DNA from: Thermomicrobiales bacterium
Lineage (GTDB): Bacteria > Chloroflexota > Chloroflexia > Thermomicrobiales > UBA6265
Length of the DNA: 32,939 nt
Assembly (NCBI GenBank): GCA_020847015.1
Contig: JADLCW010000386.1
Span: 1-32,939, forward strand
Direction: 5' to 3'
Shown here piece by piece: positions 1-9,233 of this stretch. The stretch's first letter is position 1, and every line of letters starts with the position of its first letter. The translations under genes were made by a program, and so were the position numbers. The notes under the pieces were generated by a model. It ran no database searches and was not told the origin of the DNA. It was given only the letters and a program-made list of their open reading frames with translations.

Positions 1-1466
1 CGCAGTGCTTCCGACCGCTTGCGCCGCTCGGATAGCGGCATGGTGAACGCCGTGTAGAGCGCGTCGGCGGTGCCTTCGACATCGGCGGGGGCAATGACCA
101 GCGCGGCGGCGCCGAGTTGACTGACCGCGCCGGCGCCTTCCGACAGGATGAGCACGCCGTTGCGCTCATTGAGCAGCGCACCCTCTTTGGCGACGAGATT
201 CATGCCGTCGATGATGGAGTTGACCATCAGCACGTCGTACCACTTCATCGCGGCCAACGCGCGTGGGTAGTTTTCGCCCATGATCAGGTGGATCGGCTGC
301 CAGCCAGTTTCCACGTTGGCATAGCGGGCGTTGATGCGGCCGACGACCGCGCTGACATCGTCGAGGTAGTCCTGGTACTCCGGCACATCCATGCGGGAGG
401 GGACGGTGATGGCCACGAAGTTGACGCGGCCCTGGAACTCCTCGTGGGCCTCCAGAAAACGGTCGAAGGCCTGGAAACCGCGGACGATGTTCTTGCTGGG
501 TTCGGCGCGATCCACCCGCAGGATGGTGAATTCGTTCCAGTAATTGGGCAAGTATCGGTCGTGAGCGCGCGCCTCCTTGCTGTAGGCGGTGCGGCGCACG
601 GTCGCGGTGTCGACCGAGATGGGATAGGCGCGCACTTCGATCTGGCGGCCGTTCCAGTGGACGTGGGAACCGCCGTAATTGACCTGCACATCCGGCACAT
701 AGGCCTCGCAGGTGTACATGAATGAGCGAGCGTGCAGGGCAGTCTGGAAACCGACGATGTCGTTGCCGAGCATGCCTTCGCAGATCGCTCGCCGCATCGC
801 CAACGGCAGCAACCGCCAGTAATCGGGATCTGGCCAGGGAATATGCACGAAATGTTGCAGGATGGCGTTGGGTCGTTGCTCGCGGATCATGCCGGCGCAG
901 AGGTAGAGGTGGTAGTCCTGCAGCATGATGATCGGCTCGGCGTCGAGGGTGTTGCTGGCGGCGAGAATCTCCTCGGCGAAGAGGCGATTGACGGCCACGT
1001 AGCCGTCGTGCCAAGCGTCCCACGTTTCGCGGGTAATGTCCGGCGAGCGCGGGGTGTCCCACAGATAGTGCTGCAGGAACCAGAGCAGCGGGTTGCTGAT
1101 GACGTTGTAGTACTTGTGATAGCGCTCTTCGTCGGGGGCCACGAAGCGGAGGCGGAACTCAGGCGGGTTGCCGAACTGGATCAACTCTTCGCCCTGGCGA
1201 GCGGCCACCTCGGCGCGGATGCGATCCCCGTCGGTCATGGCGGCGGCGATCCAGATCGGCTGGTGCTGGCGGGCGATCGCGCTGACGGCGGTGACCACGC
1301 CGCCGCTCCCCTTGCGCGCGCTGAATGTGCCATCGTCCTGGTGGGCGAAGGTCACGGGACCTCGATTGGAAGCGATGATTAGCGACCGCTCGGCGAGGAT
1401 GCGGTCGATCGCCTCGGCGGAAGGAGCGCCGGGATCGGACGCGGCGTCGATCGGTGTCTCGGTCAT
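1..1466 (-). CDS. otsA: Trehalose-6-phosphate synthase (GT20 family), C-terminal end outside window
   Basis: It is absent from the ORF track because it runs off the left edge. Reverse-complement translation from ATG 1466..1464 is open to position 1. It reads MTETPIDAAS..SLIIASNRGPV..NPLLWFLQHYLWD..FVHIPWPDPDYWRLLP..GNDIVGFQT..LRVDRAEPSKNI..VNSIIDGMNLVAKEG, which are hallmark OtsA/GT20 motifs. The track ORFs 117..725(+), 166..1062(-) and 732..1382(+) are shadows of this gene. Confidence 0.85.
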   Translation of the reverse strand, partial: MTETPIDAASDPGAPSAEAIDRILAERSLIIASNRGPVTFAHQDDGTFSARKGSGGVVTAVSAIARQHQPIWIAAAMTDGDRIRAEVAARQGEELIQFGNPPEFRLRFVAPDEERYHKYYNVISNPLLWFLQHYLWDTPRSPDITRETWDAWHDGYVAVNRLFAEEILAASNTLDAEPIIMLQDYHLYLCAGMIREQRPNAILQHFVHIPWPDPDYWRLLPLAMRRAICEGMLGNDIVGFQTALHARSFMYTCEAYVPDVQVNYGGSHVHWNGRQIEVRAYPISVDTATVRRTAYSKEARAHDRYLPNYWNEFTILRVDRAEPSKNIVRGFQAFDRFLEAHEEFQGRVNFVAITVPSRMDVPEYQDYLDDVSAVVGRINARYANVETGWQPIHLIMGENYPRALAAMKWYDVLMVNSIIDGMNLVAKEGALLNERNGVLILSEGAGAVSQLGAAALVIAPADVEGTADALYTAFTMPLSERRKRSEAL

Positions 1467-1672
1467 GGCCTCTTCTCGCTTCGCTTGGCAACGACGGGGA
1501 GCAAACCGCGCACGCGATCCGGCAAGGAGCGGGCGGGCGTCGCCACGATTATGATGCCCCGGCCCGATTTGCGCTGAGAGGCGCCGCACCCGGGCGCCAG
1601 ACCAGGATCCCGACCATCGCCGCAGGCTGATACACTTGAACTGTGACTGGCGAACACCACCCGGATCGAGCG

Positions 1673-2014
1673 ATGGGAGAAGCCCGCGCCCTGGCGGAGC
1701 TGGGGGACAACCTACCCGAGCGCGTCTGCCCATGGTGCGGTGGCGCCGAAACGCGATTCGTTTCGCGCGGATACACCGGCCCGACTGACGAATCGGACCA
1801 ATATTTCGTCTGCGCCGACTGCGGCAAGCCGACCTACGAACTGGTTGCTCTGACCGCGCGGGAGATGCGTCTCGGCCGCTACAAGCCAGGCGATGTTTAT
1901 CAGGACCGACCGAACCGGACCCGCTACAGCGTCACCCGAGTTCTGCGCGCGGGGGCCAACGAATTTCTCATCTACCTCAAGCCGCTGATCGCGCCCGCCG
2001 CAGGGCATGGCTGA
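1673..2014 (+). CDS. Small zinc-ribbon protein, function unknown
   Basis: Track ORF 1643..2014. Two CxxC pairs (CPWCGG ... CADCGK) fit a zinc ribbon, and the composition looks coding. The start is unresolved between GTG 1643 and in-frame ATG 1673. I recognise no family. Confidence 0.5.
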   Translation: MGEARALAELGDNLPERVCPWCGGAETRFVSRGYTGPTDESDQYFVCADCGKPTYELVALTAREMRLGRYKPGDVYQDRPNRTRYSVTRVLRAGANEFLIYLKPLIAPAAGHG

Positions 2015-2027
2015 GTCCGATCGGCGC

Positions 2028-4652
2028 TCACTCGACTGGCGGGCCAGCGATGCCGGTTTGGACCGCCTCCGGTCGCAGATGGGCGCGCGCCGCTTCCAAT
2101 ACGTCTTCGGTCGTGAGCGCGTTCACGATCGCAGGATAGCGGTCGAGAAAATCGAGCCCTAGATCGTAGCGCTCGATATTGAGCAGCGTAGCCGCGATTC
2201 CATCGTTGGTTTCCAGCGCGAGCGGCAACACTCCGGTCAGATAACTCTTGGCGTCGGCCAGTTCGTCGTCGTCGACCGGCGCGCTGGTGAGACGCCACAG
2301 TTCTTCCAGGATGCTTTCTCGGGCACGCTCGATGTTGCCGGGATCGACTCCGGCACGCGCCGACCAAACACTGCCCTCCGGCGCGGGTTCGATGCCGCTG
2401 TAGACGTAGTAGGCGAGTCCCTGCCGATCGCGCACACTGGCGCCCAATCGACCCATCAAGCCCAGCCGGCCAAGGATCAGATTGGCGGTGTCGAGCGCGT
2501 AGTAGGCGGGGTCGAGACGCGAAATGGTCGGCAGCCCGATCGCCAGATCGGCCTGGCTCTTGCCGGCGATGCCTTCGCGCGCCGATGCTTCCTGGCCCGG
2601 CGCCGGGTAGGGGGGAACGACCGACGGCGTGGCGCATTCCGTCGTCCAGTCGCCGAACGCGGCAGCTATGGCGGCGACCGCGGCGGCGAACTCCGGATAG
2701 CCGCCCACGAGGGCGATCGTGGTGAGTTTCGGCCCGTAATGGGTTTGATGGAAAGCGGGCAGCGCATGGACCGGGATTGTCGGCACGGTGGTCAGATCGC
2801 CGCTGGCGCGCCGGCCGAGCGGATGAGGAGCGGGGAACAGCAACCGGCGCATGGCGCGATCGGCCATCGCGCGGGTATCGTTGTCCGATTCGCGGATGCC
2901 GGTCAATAGTTCGTTCCGGACTTTCTCGACCTCATCGGATGGGAAGCGGGGGGCGCGCAGCACCTCGGCGGCCAGCGTCAGCATGGCCGGGAGATCCTCG
3001 CGCAGGCAGCGGATAGCCAATTCCACGAATTGGCGACCGGCATCCACGCCGATAGTGGCTCCCAATCCGTCAGTGAAGGCGTTGATCGCCGCGTAGTCGC
3101 GCTCGCCGGCGCCGCGCAGCAGCGAGCGGGCGGTAAGCACCGCCAACCCCTCTTGCTCGGCCGGGTCGTTCAATGCGCCCGCTTCCAGCCGCAGCCGCAC
3201 CGAGACGCTGGGGTCGGTCGGTTGGGCTTGGCCCAGCACGACGATGCCGTTTGACAGCTCGGCACGCTCGAACGGTGGCCGAACTGCGGCGTCAGTCGGG
3301 CCGCTCAATCCCCACATTCGGTAGGTGGCCACCGGCGCGCTCCCGGCCGCGGAAGTGACTGGCGACTCGCCCTCGGTGGGAACCAGCCAACCGACCGTGC
3401 GGGTTTCCGGCGTCAGCCAGGTTGCAGCAGCGCGCCGCACGTCGTCCGGAGTCACTCGCTCCAGTTCGTCGACCAGCTCGTCGGCGCGCTGATAGCGGTC
3501 GACGATTTCCATCTGCCCAAGCCAGAAAGCTTGATTCGTGACGCCTTCGGCGGAGTAGACGTATTGCGCCTTGACCTGCTTGATGGCCCGCTCGAGTTCG
3601 TCGGCAGGGGGCGCTTCGGCGCGCAGACGGGCAATTTCCGCTTCGAGCGCGGCTTCGATGCGCTCTGGCTCCACGCCAGGTAGCGCGGTTGCCCCGACAC
3701 TGAATAGATATGGATCGATCGTCAGTCCCATGTCGCTGCCCGCCGAGCGAGCCAGCCCTTCCGCAACGAGAGCGCGATAGAGGCGGGAGGAGCGCCCCAT
3801 CGGGCCGCCGCCGGAAAGCCCCATGCCCTTGCCGCCCGAGAGAATCGCGTCGGCGACCAGCAGCGCCGGTGTGTCGGGGTGGCGCGCGGCGGGCGCGTGG
3901 TGCGCGACGCGCACCATCGCAGTTGGGGCGGGGTGACGCAGCACGACGCGCCGCTCGGCGATCTGGGGTGGCTCCACGGCGCGAACCGGGGGAGGAGCGG
4001 CTCCTGCCGGGATAGATCCGAAGGCGGCATCGATGCGGACCAGCAGGTCGTCTGCATCGAAGTCGCCGACGGCGACGACGAATGCGTTGCTGGGGTGGTA
4101 GTAGCACTGATAGTGGTTGTACAGATCGTCCCGAGTCATCGCGCGCAAGTCGGCTGCGTAGCCGATAACCATGTGGCGATAGGGGTGCGCGCGGAAGGCG
4201 GCGCCGATCAACTCCTCATAGAGCAGATAGCCGGGGTTGTTTTCCGACCCTTGCCGTTCCGAGAGGATGACCGTGCGTTCCGAATCGGTTTCTTCCGGAT
4301 CGAACAGCGAATTGACCATGCGGTCGGATTCGATCTCCAGCGACAGATCCAGGCGGTCGGCCGGTAGGGTTTCGAAGTAGGCGGTCCAGTCGTGGGATGT
4401 CAGCGCGTTGAGGGTCCCGCCATGGCGGGAGACATCGCGAAAGATCTGACCCTTCTCGATGCTCGGTGTCCCCTTGAACTGCATGTGCTCGACCCAGTGG
4501 GAGACGCCGGTCGTGCCGGGGATTTCATTGCGGCTGCCGACCCGGTAGAACACCCAAAAGGAGGCAAGGGGAGCAGCGTGGTCCTCACGCAGGAGCACCT
4601 GCAAGCCGTTGCCCAGCATCGTCTGCCGCACCGGGATCGAATGGCTGCCCAC
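2028..4652 (-). CDS. M16 (pitrilysin/insulinase) family zinc peptidase with two tandem M16 units
   Basis: Track ORF 2028..4799, trimmed to GTG 4652, which lies 6 nt after GAGGAGG. HWVEHMQFKG is the HxxEH inverted zincin motif. The ~875-aa length fits an active N-terminal unit plus a second unit without HxxEH. Confidence 0.85.
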   Translation of the reverse strand: MGSHSIPVRQTMLGNGLQVLLREDHAAPLASFWVFYRVGSRNEIPGTTGVSHWVEHMQFKGTPSIEKGQIFRDVSRHGGTLNALTSHDWTAYFETLPADRLDLSLEIESDRMVNSLFDPEETDSERTVILSERQGSENNPGYLLYEELIGAAFRAHPYRHMVIGYAADLRAMTRDDLYNHYQCYYHPSNAFVVAVGDFDADDLLVRIDAAFGSIPAGAAPPPVRAVEPPQIAERRVVLRHPAPTAMVRVAHHAPAARHPDTPALLVADAILSGGKGMGLSGGGPMGRSSRLYRALVAEGLARSAGSDMGLTIDPYLFSVGATALPGVEPERIEAALEAEIARLRAEAPPADELERAIKQVKAQYVYSAEGVTNQAFWLGQMEIVDRYQRADELVDELERVTPDDVRRAAATWLTPETRTVGWLVPTEGESPVTSAAGSAPVATYRMWGLSGPTDAAVRPPFERAELSNGIVVLGQAQPTDPSVSVRLRLEAGALNDPAEQEGLAVLTARSLLRGAGERDYAAINAFTDGLGATIGVDAGRQFVELAIRCLREDLPAMLTLAAEVLRAPRFPSDEVEKVRNELLTGIRESDNDTRAMADRAMRRLLFPAPHPLGRRASGDLTTVPTIPVHALPAFHQTHYGPKLTTIALVGGYPEFAAAVAAIAAAFGDWTTECATPSVVPPYPAPGQEASAREGIAGKSQADLAIGLPTISRLDPAYYALDTANLILGRLGLMGRLGASVRDRQGLAYYVYSGIEPAPEGSVWSARAGVDPGNIERARESILEELWRLTSAPVDDDELADAKSYLTGVLPLALETNDGIAATLLNIERYDLGLDFLDRYPAIVNALTTEDVLEAARAHLRPEAVQTGIAGPPVE

Positions 4653-4819
4653 CGTTGCCCTCCTCGTATGCGCCGTACCGGATTCGCGTCCGGATGCCTG
4701 AATGGGAGCCAGTATGGCGCCACCGCGTGCGCGGTCAGTCAACAGCCGGGCTAGAATGGCGCAAACATCGATACGTCCGCGGACGGGATGCGGCGGCAAG
4801 CATGCGAGGAGGACGGAGC

Positions 4820-5182
4820 GTGGCGCAAATCGACCCGGAGCCGAATTACGATCACCGTTTGGCGGAGCGGGTTGTCTTCTACCTGCAAACGGGCGACTGG
4901 CGACTGTTTCCGTTCACTCAAGGGTTCGACGACGAGAAGCGGCGCGCCTTCAAGCACGACCTGCGGGAGGCGTTGGCCGATCTGCAGGATAGCGGCAGCG
5001 CCCGCAAAACCTCAGCGGTCGGTTTCATCATGAGCGATCTTCGCCTGAAGGAGACCGTGCATGAGTGGGCAGACGCTGGTGGCGACTGGCCAGAAGGATC
5101 ATTTCCGCGCGATCCCGTGACCGCGCTCGGCTCCTCCTCTCCGATCGACGAACCGCCAAGCGCCGGGGGCATCAAGGGGTAG
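4820..5182 (+). CDS. Hypothetical protein
   Basis: Track ORF 4655..5182. The N-terminal 55 codons are Arg-rich junk. GTG 4820 follows GAGGAGGA with a ~6-nt spacer (ATG 4802 is the alternative). The product VAQIDPEPNYDHRLAERVVFYLQTGDWRLFPFTQGF.. looks coding but I recognise no family. A TAGAAT -10-like hexamer sits at 4752..4757. Confidence 0.45.
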   Translation: MAQIDPEPNYDHRLAERVVFYLQTGDWRLFPFTQGFDDEKRRAFKHDLREALADLQDSGSARKTSAVGFIMSDLRLKETVHEWADAGGDWPEGSFPRDPVTALGSSSPIDEPPSAGGIKG

Positions 5183-5362
5183 CGGCTTTTCGCAGACATG
5201 AAGGCGGGATCAAGGTCAGCTGACCCAACCTCCTTGTGCGATTGGTGTGGCTCGGCGTACCTCGCGTCACTTGGCGGCGGCATCCCGACATGCGTCACGA
5301 GCCGCGCCTGCCAGCGCGCCGCCCAGCCGTGCCTCCACGGCAGCCTGGAACCTCTGTCCAGC

Positions 5363-5392
5363 CTGGAGCGGCTCCCGAGGAAGCCGCTCCAG
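5363..5392. terminator. Perfect 11-bp stem hairpin between convergent genes (terminator-like, no U tract)
   Basis: CTGGAGCGGCT-cccgagga-AGCCGCTCCAG. It lies 13 nt downstream of the pentapeptide ORF stop (minus strand) and 180 nt downstream of the 4820..5182 ORF (plus strand). Confidence 0.45.
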
Positions 5393-5405
5393 ATCCGTCA
5401 GTCGC

Positions 5406-5762
5406 CTACTCGACGGGGCAGTCGGCCGGCGCCTGACCGTTGAGGAAGTACCCGCAGCAGGGATTGCCGCTGTCGTCGCTGCTGGCATTGTAGGGGTAGG
5501 TGGTGTCGGCCCAGACGGCGCTGGCGCCGGTCGCGTTTCGGAAGAAGGTATTGACAAGAACCGCTTCCACCAGCGACGCGCCGGAGAGGTTGGCCGTGGA
5601 GAAGCCGGCGTTGGTCAAGTCGCAACTCTTGAGATTGGCGCCGGACAGATCCTTGCTGCCGCAATTCCAGACGCCGGAGGAATCGCTGAACGCGCACCCG
5701 ACGGCATCGAGTGTCGCGACGAAGTCCACCTCGGTCCGGCAGGAGCTGGCGAAGCCCACCAA
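5406..5762 (-). CDS. Pentapeptide-repeat protein, possibly N-terminally truncated
   Basis: The run ANLKS CDLTN AGFST ANLSG ASLVE AVLVN TFFRN ATGAS AVWAD matches the A(D/N)LXX pentapeptide repeat. The Cys-rich tail is typical of such proteins. The start is TTG/GTG only, no signal peptide or SD is seen, and the ORF directly abuts a pseudogene in the same frame. Confidence 0.5.
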   Translation of the reverse strand: MVGFASSCRTEVDFVATLDAVGCAFSDSSGVWNCGSKDLSGANLKSCDLTNAGFSTANLSGASLVEAVLVNTFFRNATGASAVWADTTYPYNASSDDSGNPCCGYFLNGQAPADCPVE

Positions 5763-6354
5763 CTGCTCGACGATGAGCAGGGCGAATTTGAAGTCGTGGC
5801 TGAAGAAGCCGGCGGCGATTGCGACGCTGGCGTGCTCCGAGTGCTAGTGCACCACGAAATGCCCGTCCGGAGTCAGCGTGACGAGGCCAACCGCTCTGCG
5901 CGCGGTCGTCGGGCCGACACCGGGGAAGAGAGCCGCCGCGGCGCGGACCCGCATGGATTTGGATTCGGCGGCGATGCGATCGATGGCCTCAGGGCGCCGC
6001 CGCGGCCGCGGCCGGCGAACTTCAGACCGAATCGGTCGATGACCGGGAAACCGTCGATCTCTCCGCGGTCGCGGCCGGCGACGAATACCGGAGACCGGTC
6101 CAGGGTGAACCGTTCGCGGCCGACCTCCAGCCGCCACAGCCTTTCGCGAGGGGCGGACCAGCAGTACGTAACCGGGCGATTCTGCATAGGCGTAGTGGAT
6201 GATCCGGGTCTGGCCGCCATACGCGCCGAGGTCGCGGACGTTATCGAACTGCTCCAACACCAACGCGCCTGCCGTGTTTGCCCAATGCTTACACGGCGGT
6301 ACTGACCGTCGTGCCGCCACCGAAGATGACGACATCGTCGGCCAGCACGCTCAA
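5763..6354 (-). pseudogene. Decayed FAD-dependent oxidoreductase (DAO/sarcosine-oxidase-like) remnant
   Basis: Recognisable sense is spread over three minus-strand frames:
- DDVVIFGGGTTVSTAV-TAA(6289..6291)-ALGKHGRRV
- ALVLEQFDNVRDLGAYGGQTRIIHYAYAESPGYVLLV
- RERLWRLEVGRERFTLDRSPVFVAG..GGALRP
- EAIDRIAAES..VGLVTLTPDGHFVVH-TAG(5844..5846)-..ASVAIAAGFFSHDF
It has a Rossmann GxGxxG N-terminus. The distal half of a typical enzyme is absent. Confidence 0.6.
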
Positions 6355-6391
6355 TCCCGGTCCGACGTTCGCTCGGCGTGCGCCAGCCCGA

Positions 6392-7123
6392 TCAGGGGGC
6401 GATCGCTTCCAACGGCTTGGCGTTGCCGAACGTGCGCTGAGGACCGCCGCTCGGAGCCGCCCAGCGCACAGCATTGACGAGTACGCGGCGCACCGTAGGA
6501 TCGTAGTAGGTCGGAAAACTCTCGTGACCGGGTCGAAAATAGAAAACCTTGCCGGCGCCGCGATAGAAGCAGCAACCCGAGCGGAACACTTCACCGCCAG
6601 TAAACCAACTGATGAACACCAGTTCATCCGGGGCGGGGATGTCGAAGTGCTCTCCGTACATCTCCTCCTGCTCCAATGCGAACCGCTCGCCGATGCCCGC
6701 CGCAATGGGATGACCGGGATTGACGACCCAGAGTCGCTCGCGGTCATGACCCACTCGCCACTTCAGATCGCAGCTCGTGCCCATCAGCCGCTTGAACACC
6801 TTGGAGAAATGACCGGAATGGAGCACGATCAGCCCCATGCCGTCCAGCACGCGCTGCTGCACGCGCGCCGCCACCTCGTCCGCCACCTCGCCATGGGCTT
6901 TGTGACCCCACCAGATCAACACGTCAGTTTCGGCGAGGCGTTGGGCGGTCAACCCGTGCTCCGGTTCATCCAGTGTGGCAGTTTCGATGATCAAGTCGCG
7001 CGGACCGGTCAACCCCTCGGCGATAGCCGCATGGATGCCCTTGGGGTAGACCGCGGCGAAGCGCGCATCCTCGCGCTCGTGGCGATATTCGTTCCAGACG
7101 ACGACGCGTAAAGTCTCGATCAC
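6392..7123 (-). CDS. ThuA-like (trehalose-utilisation domain) protein
   Basis: The 243-aa ORF reads [79 protein letters not shown], a near-canonical ThuA-domain sequence. GTG start 7123 overlaps the upstream stop (GTGA). Confidence 0.8.
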   Translation of the reverse strand: MIETLRVVVWNEYRHEREDARFAAVYPKGIHAAIAEGLTGPRDLIIETATLDEPEHGLTAQRLAETDVLIWWGHKAHGEVADEVAARVQQRVLDGMGLIVLHSGHFSKVFKRLMGTSCDLKWRVGHDRERLWVVNPGHPIAAGIGERFALEQEEMYGEHFDIPAPDELVFISWFTGGEVFRSGCCFYRGAGKVFYFRPGHESFPTYYDPTVRRVLVNAVRWAAPSGGPQRTFGNAKPLEAIAP

Positions 7124-8280
7124 AGCGTCCCCTCCCGACTGTTCTCGGCCGCGCTCCGGGCGGCCAATTCGGTTCGCGGCCCGGTTCGGTCGATCGGCTG
7201 CGCGGCGAGCGCGATCTCGCGGCCTTCGGCTGCCGAGCGGTAGATCGCCTCGATCAAGCGCACGCGCTCCAGCCCCTCTTCGCCAGTGGGGGAGAAGGGA
7301 ACGCCGGTCAGGATCGAATCGATGAAGCGGCGGAACACCTCGCCGTGATTGTGGATGGATTGCAGGCGTGGTTCGATGACGGTGGGCGCGCCGTCGATCT
7401 CGCTGAAAAAGCGCAGCGTGCCGGTGTCGGCATAGTCTTTGACGTGGATCTCAGCCCCGCCTTCGTCGCCCATGAAGGAGACGCCGAACTCATCCGTGTG
7501 GCTGGTGTAGCCGGCCCACGACGTATCCAGCGTCAGAGTCATGCCGTTTGCGAAGCGGATCATGGCGGTGGCGAAATCTTCCACCTCGTAGGCTGCGTCA
7601 GGTGCTGCCTTGAAGCGAGCTCCTTGCCACATGCCGCGACCCTTCGGACCAAGCGCGGCGTAGGTGGCAGCGCTGACGGCGGTCGGTTCCGGTTCACCCA
7701 TGATCCAGAGCGCCATGTCCAGCACGTGGATGCCGAGGTCGATCAGTGGGCCGCCCCCGGCCAATTCCTTGTTCGTGAACCAGCTTCCCAACCCGGGGAT
7801 GCCCGAGCGACGCATCCAGAACGCCCGCCCATGGTAGATGCGGCCCAGGGCGCCTCGCGCCACTTCGTGCTTGACGAGTTGCACATCGTGTCGGCTGCGG
7901 CGGTTGAAGATGACCCCGAACACCTTGCCGCTCTTGCGGGCGGCTGTGACCATGCGCTCGCCTTCAGCCACATTGCGCGCCAGCGGTTTTTCAACCAGCA
8001 CGTGCTTGCCAGCGGCAAGAGCGGCCAGCGTCACCTCCTCATGCAGGAAGTTGGGTACGGCGATGGTCACCGCCTCGATGTCGGGGTCGGCGAGAAGATC
8101 CTTGTAGTCGCCGTAGCGACGCGGTACTGAGAAGCGTTGCTGAAGCATGACGCAGCGGTCGGTGTCGAGTCCGGCTAGCGCGACGATTTCGGCGCGCGGT
8201 TCTTTTTCGAACCCCTCGAGGTGAAAAATGCCGATGCCGCAGCCGATGATGCCGACCCGCACGCGTCGCTGCGTTTCCAT
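7120..8280 (-). CDS. Gfo/Idh/MocA family NAD(P)-dependent oxidoreductase
   Basis: 386-aa ORF. The N-terminal Rossmann sequence [18 protein letters not shown], plus EKP and the family layout, support the call. ATG 8280 is preceded by AAGGAGGAG with an 8-nt spacer. It is translationally coupled to the ThuA-like gene. Confidence 0.85.
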   Translation of the reverse strand: METQRRVRVGIIGCGIGIFHLEGFEKEPRAEIVALAGLDTDRCVMLQQRFSVPRRYGDYKDLLADPDIEAVTIAVPNFLHEEVTLAALAAGKHVLVEKPLARNVAEGERMVTAARKSGKVFGVIFNRRSRHDVQLVKHEVARGALGRIYHGRAFWMRRSGIPGLGSWFTNKELAGGGPLIDLGIHVLDMALWIMGEPEPTAVSAATYAALGPKGRGMWQGARFKAAPDAAYEVEDFATAMIRFANGMTLTLDTSWAGYTSHTDEFGVSFMGDEGGAEIHVKDYADTGTLRFFSEIDGAPTVIEPRLQSIHNHGEVFRRFIDSILTGVPFSPTGEEGLERVRLIEAIYRSAAEGREIALAAQPIDRTGPRTELAARSAAENSREGTL

Positions 8281-8384
8281 CCGCCGAGCTCCTCCTTGCG
8301 ATCGCCGTTCCCGTCGAAAATGACGCTACCCGCCGAGGCGTGCAAGACTCCACACGTCACCCTTGGCCGCAGCGGCGATCGCAG

Positions 8385-9230
8385 TTATTCACTGCTCGGC
8401 GCCGTCAGGGTGATGAGCGTGATCTCCGGCGGGCAGCGGAAGCGCACCGGCGGCCGGTATGTGCCGAGTCCGCGCGAGGTGTAAACGGTCATGCGGCCGA
8501 CCCGGTAGGACCCGGCCACGTAGCGGCGACCGCCCGGCGGCGCGGCCAGCGGACCGAGCAGCGGCACACGCACTTGCCCGCCGTGGCTGTGGCCAGAGAG
8601 CTGCAGGAACGCGCCGCGCCCGGCGCACGCCTCCGCTCCATCTGGTTCGTGCCACAGCGCGAGCGCCGCGGCGCCCGCAGGTACTGATGCGAACGCACGA
8701 TCCGGGTCCGCGCGACCCAGTAGCGTTTCGTCGAGACCGACGATCCACAAGTCAGCGCCGCACCGGCGGATGCAGCGGGCTTCATTTCGTAGCACGGGGA
8801 TGCCGTGCTCCTGCAGCGCCGTCGCAACCCGGATGGGGCCAGCGGTGAAATCGTGGTTGCCCAGCACCGCCAGCGTGCCGAGCGGAGCGCGCCGCGCGGC
8901 GCCGGCGAACCGCGCGACGGCCGACTCGACGAAGCGCGGGGATTCGGAAGCGAAATCACCACCCAATAACAGCAGATCGGGGTGCTCCCGTTCCAGCAAG
9001 GCGAGACCATGGTCGAGGTTCGCGAGACTGATGAATGGGCCGATATGGGTGTCGGTCACGAACCCGATCCGCAACCCCGCCAACCCGTCGTGACCGGCCG
9101 GGGCGGGTACGGCCACGTGCTCCAGTTGCGGTCGATAGGGGGCGACATAGCGCGACGCCGCAGCGACCGCGAGAGCGCCTCCGGCTGCGGCCAACGCCAA
9201 ACCAGCAACACGACGCGTCAATTCGCTCAC
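8385..9230 (-). CDS. Membrane-anchored calcineurin-like metallophosphoesterase
   Basis: Motifs GFVTDTHIG, GGDFASE, GNHD and GHSHGGQ are present, with an N-terminal hydrophobic helix VAGLALAAAGGALAVAAA. GTG start 9230 lies 3 nt after the ispG stop. Confidence 0.8.
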   Translation of the reverse strand: MSELTRRVAGLALAAAGGALAVAAASRYVAPYRPQLEHVAVPAPAGHDGLAGLRIGFVTDTHIGPFISLANLDHGLALLEREHPDLLLLGGDFASESPRFVESAVARFAGAARRAPLGTLAVLGNHDFTAGPIRVATALQEHGIPVLRNEARCIRRCGADLWIVGLDETLLGRADPDRAFASVPAGAAALALWHEPDGAEACAGRGAFLQLSGHSHGGQVRVPLLGPLAAPPGGRRYVAGSYRVGRMTVYTSRGLGTYRPPVRFRCPPEITLITLTAPSSE

Positions 9231-9233
9231 CGG

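Noticed and set aside
117-1491. Track ORFs 117..725(+), 166..1062(-), 732..1382(+), 1159..1491(-) as genes
   Set aside because: All overlap the edge-truncated otsA frame, which carries clear GT20 motifs. Their products are Arg/Pro/His-rich or featureless.
5247-6305. 352-aa plus-strand ORF across the decayed locus
   Set aside because: It is antisense to the pentapeptide ORF and the flavoenzyme remnant, both of which show real family signatures on the minus strand. The plus-frame product is featureless and Ala/Gly/Arg-rich.
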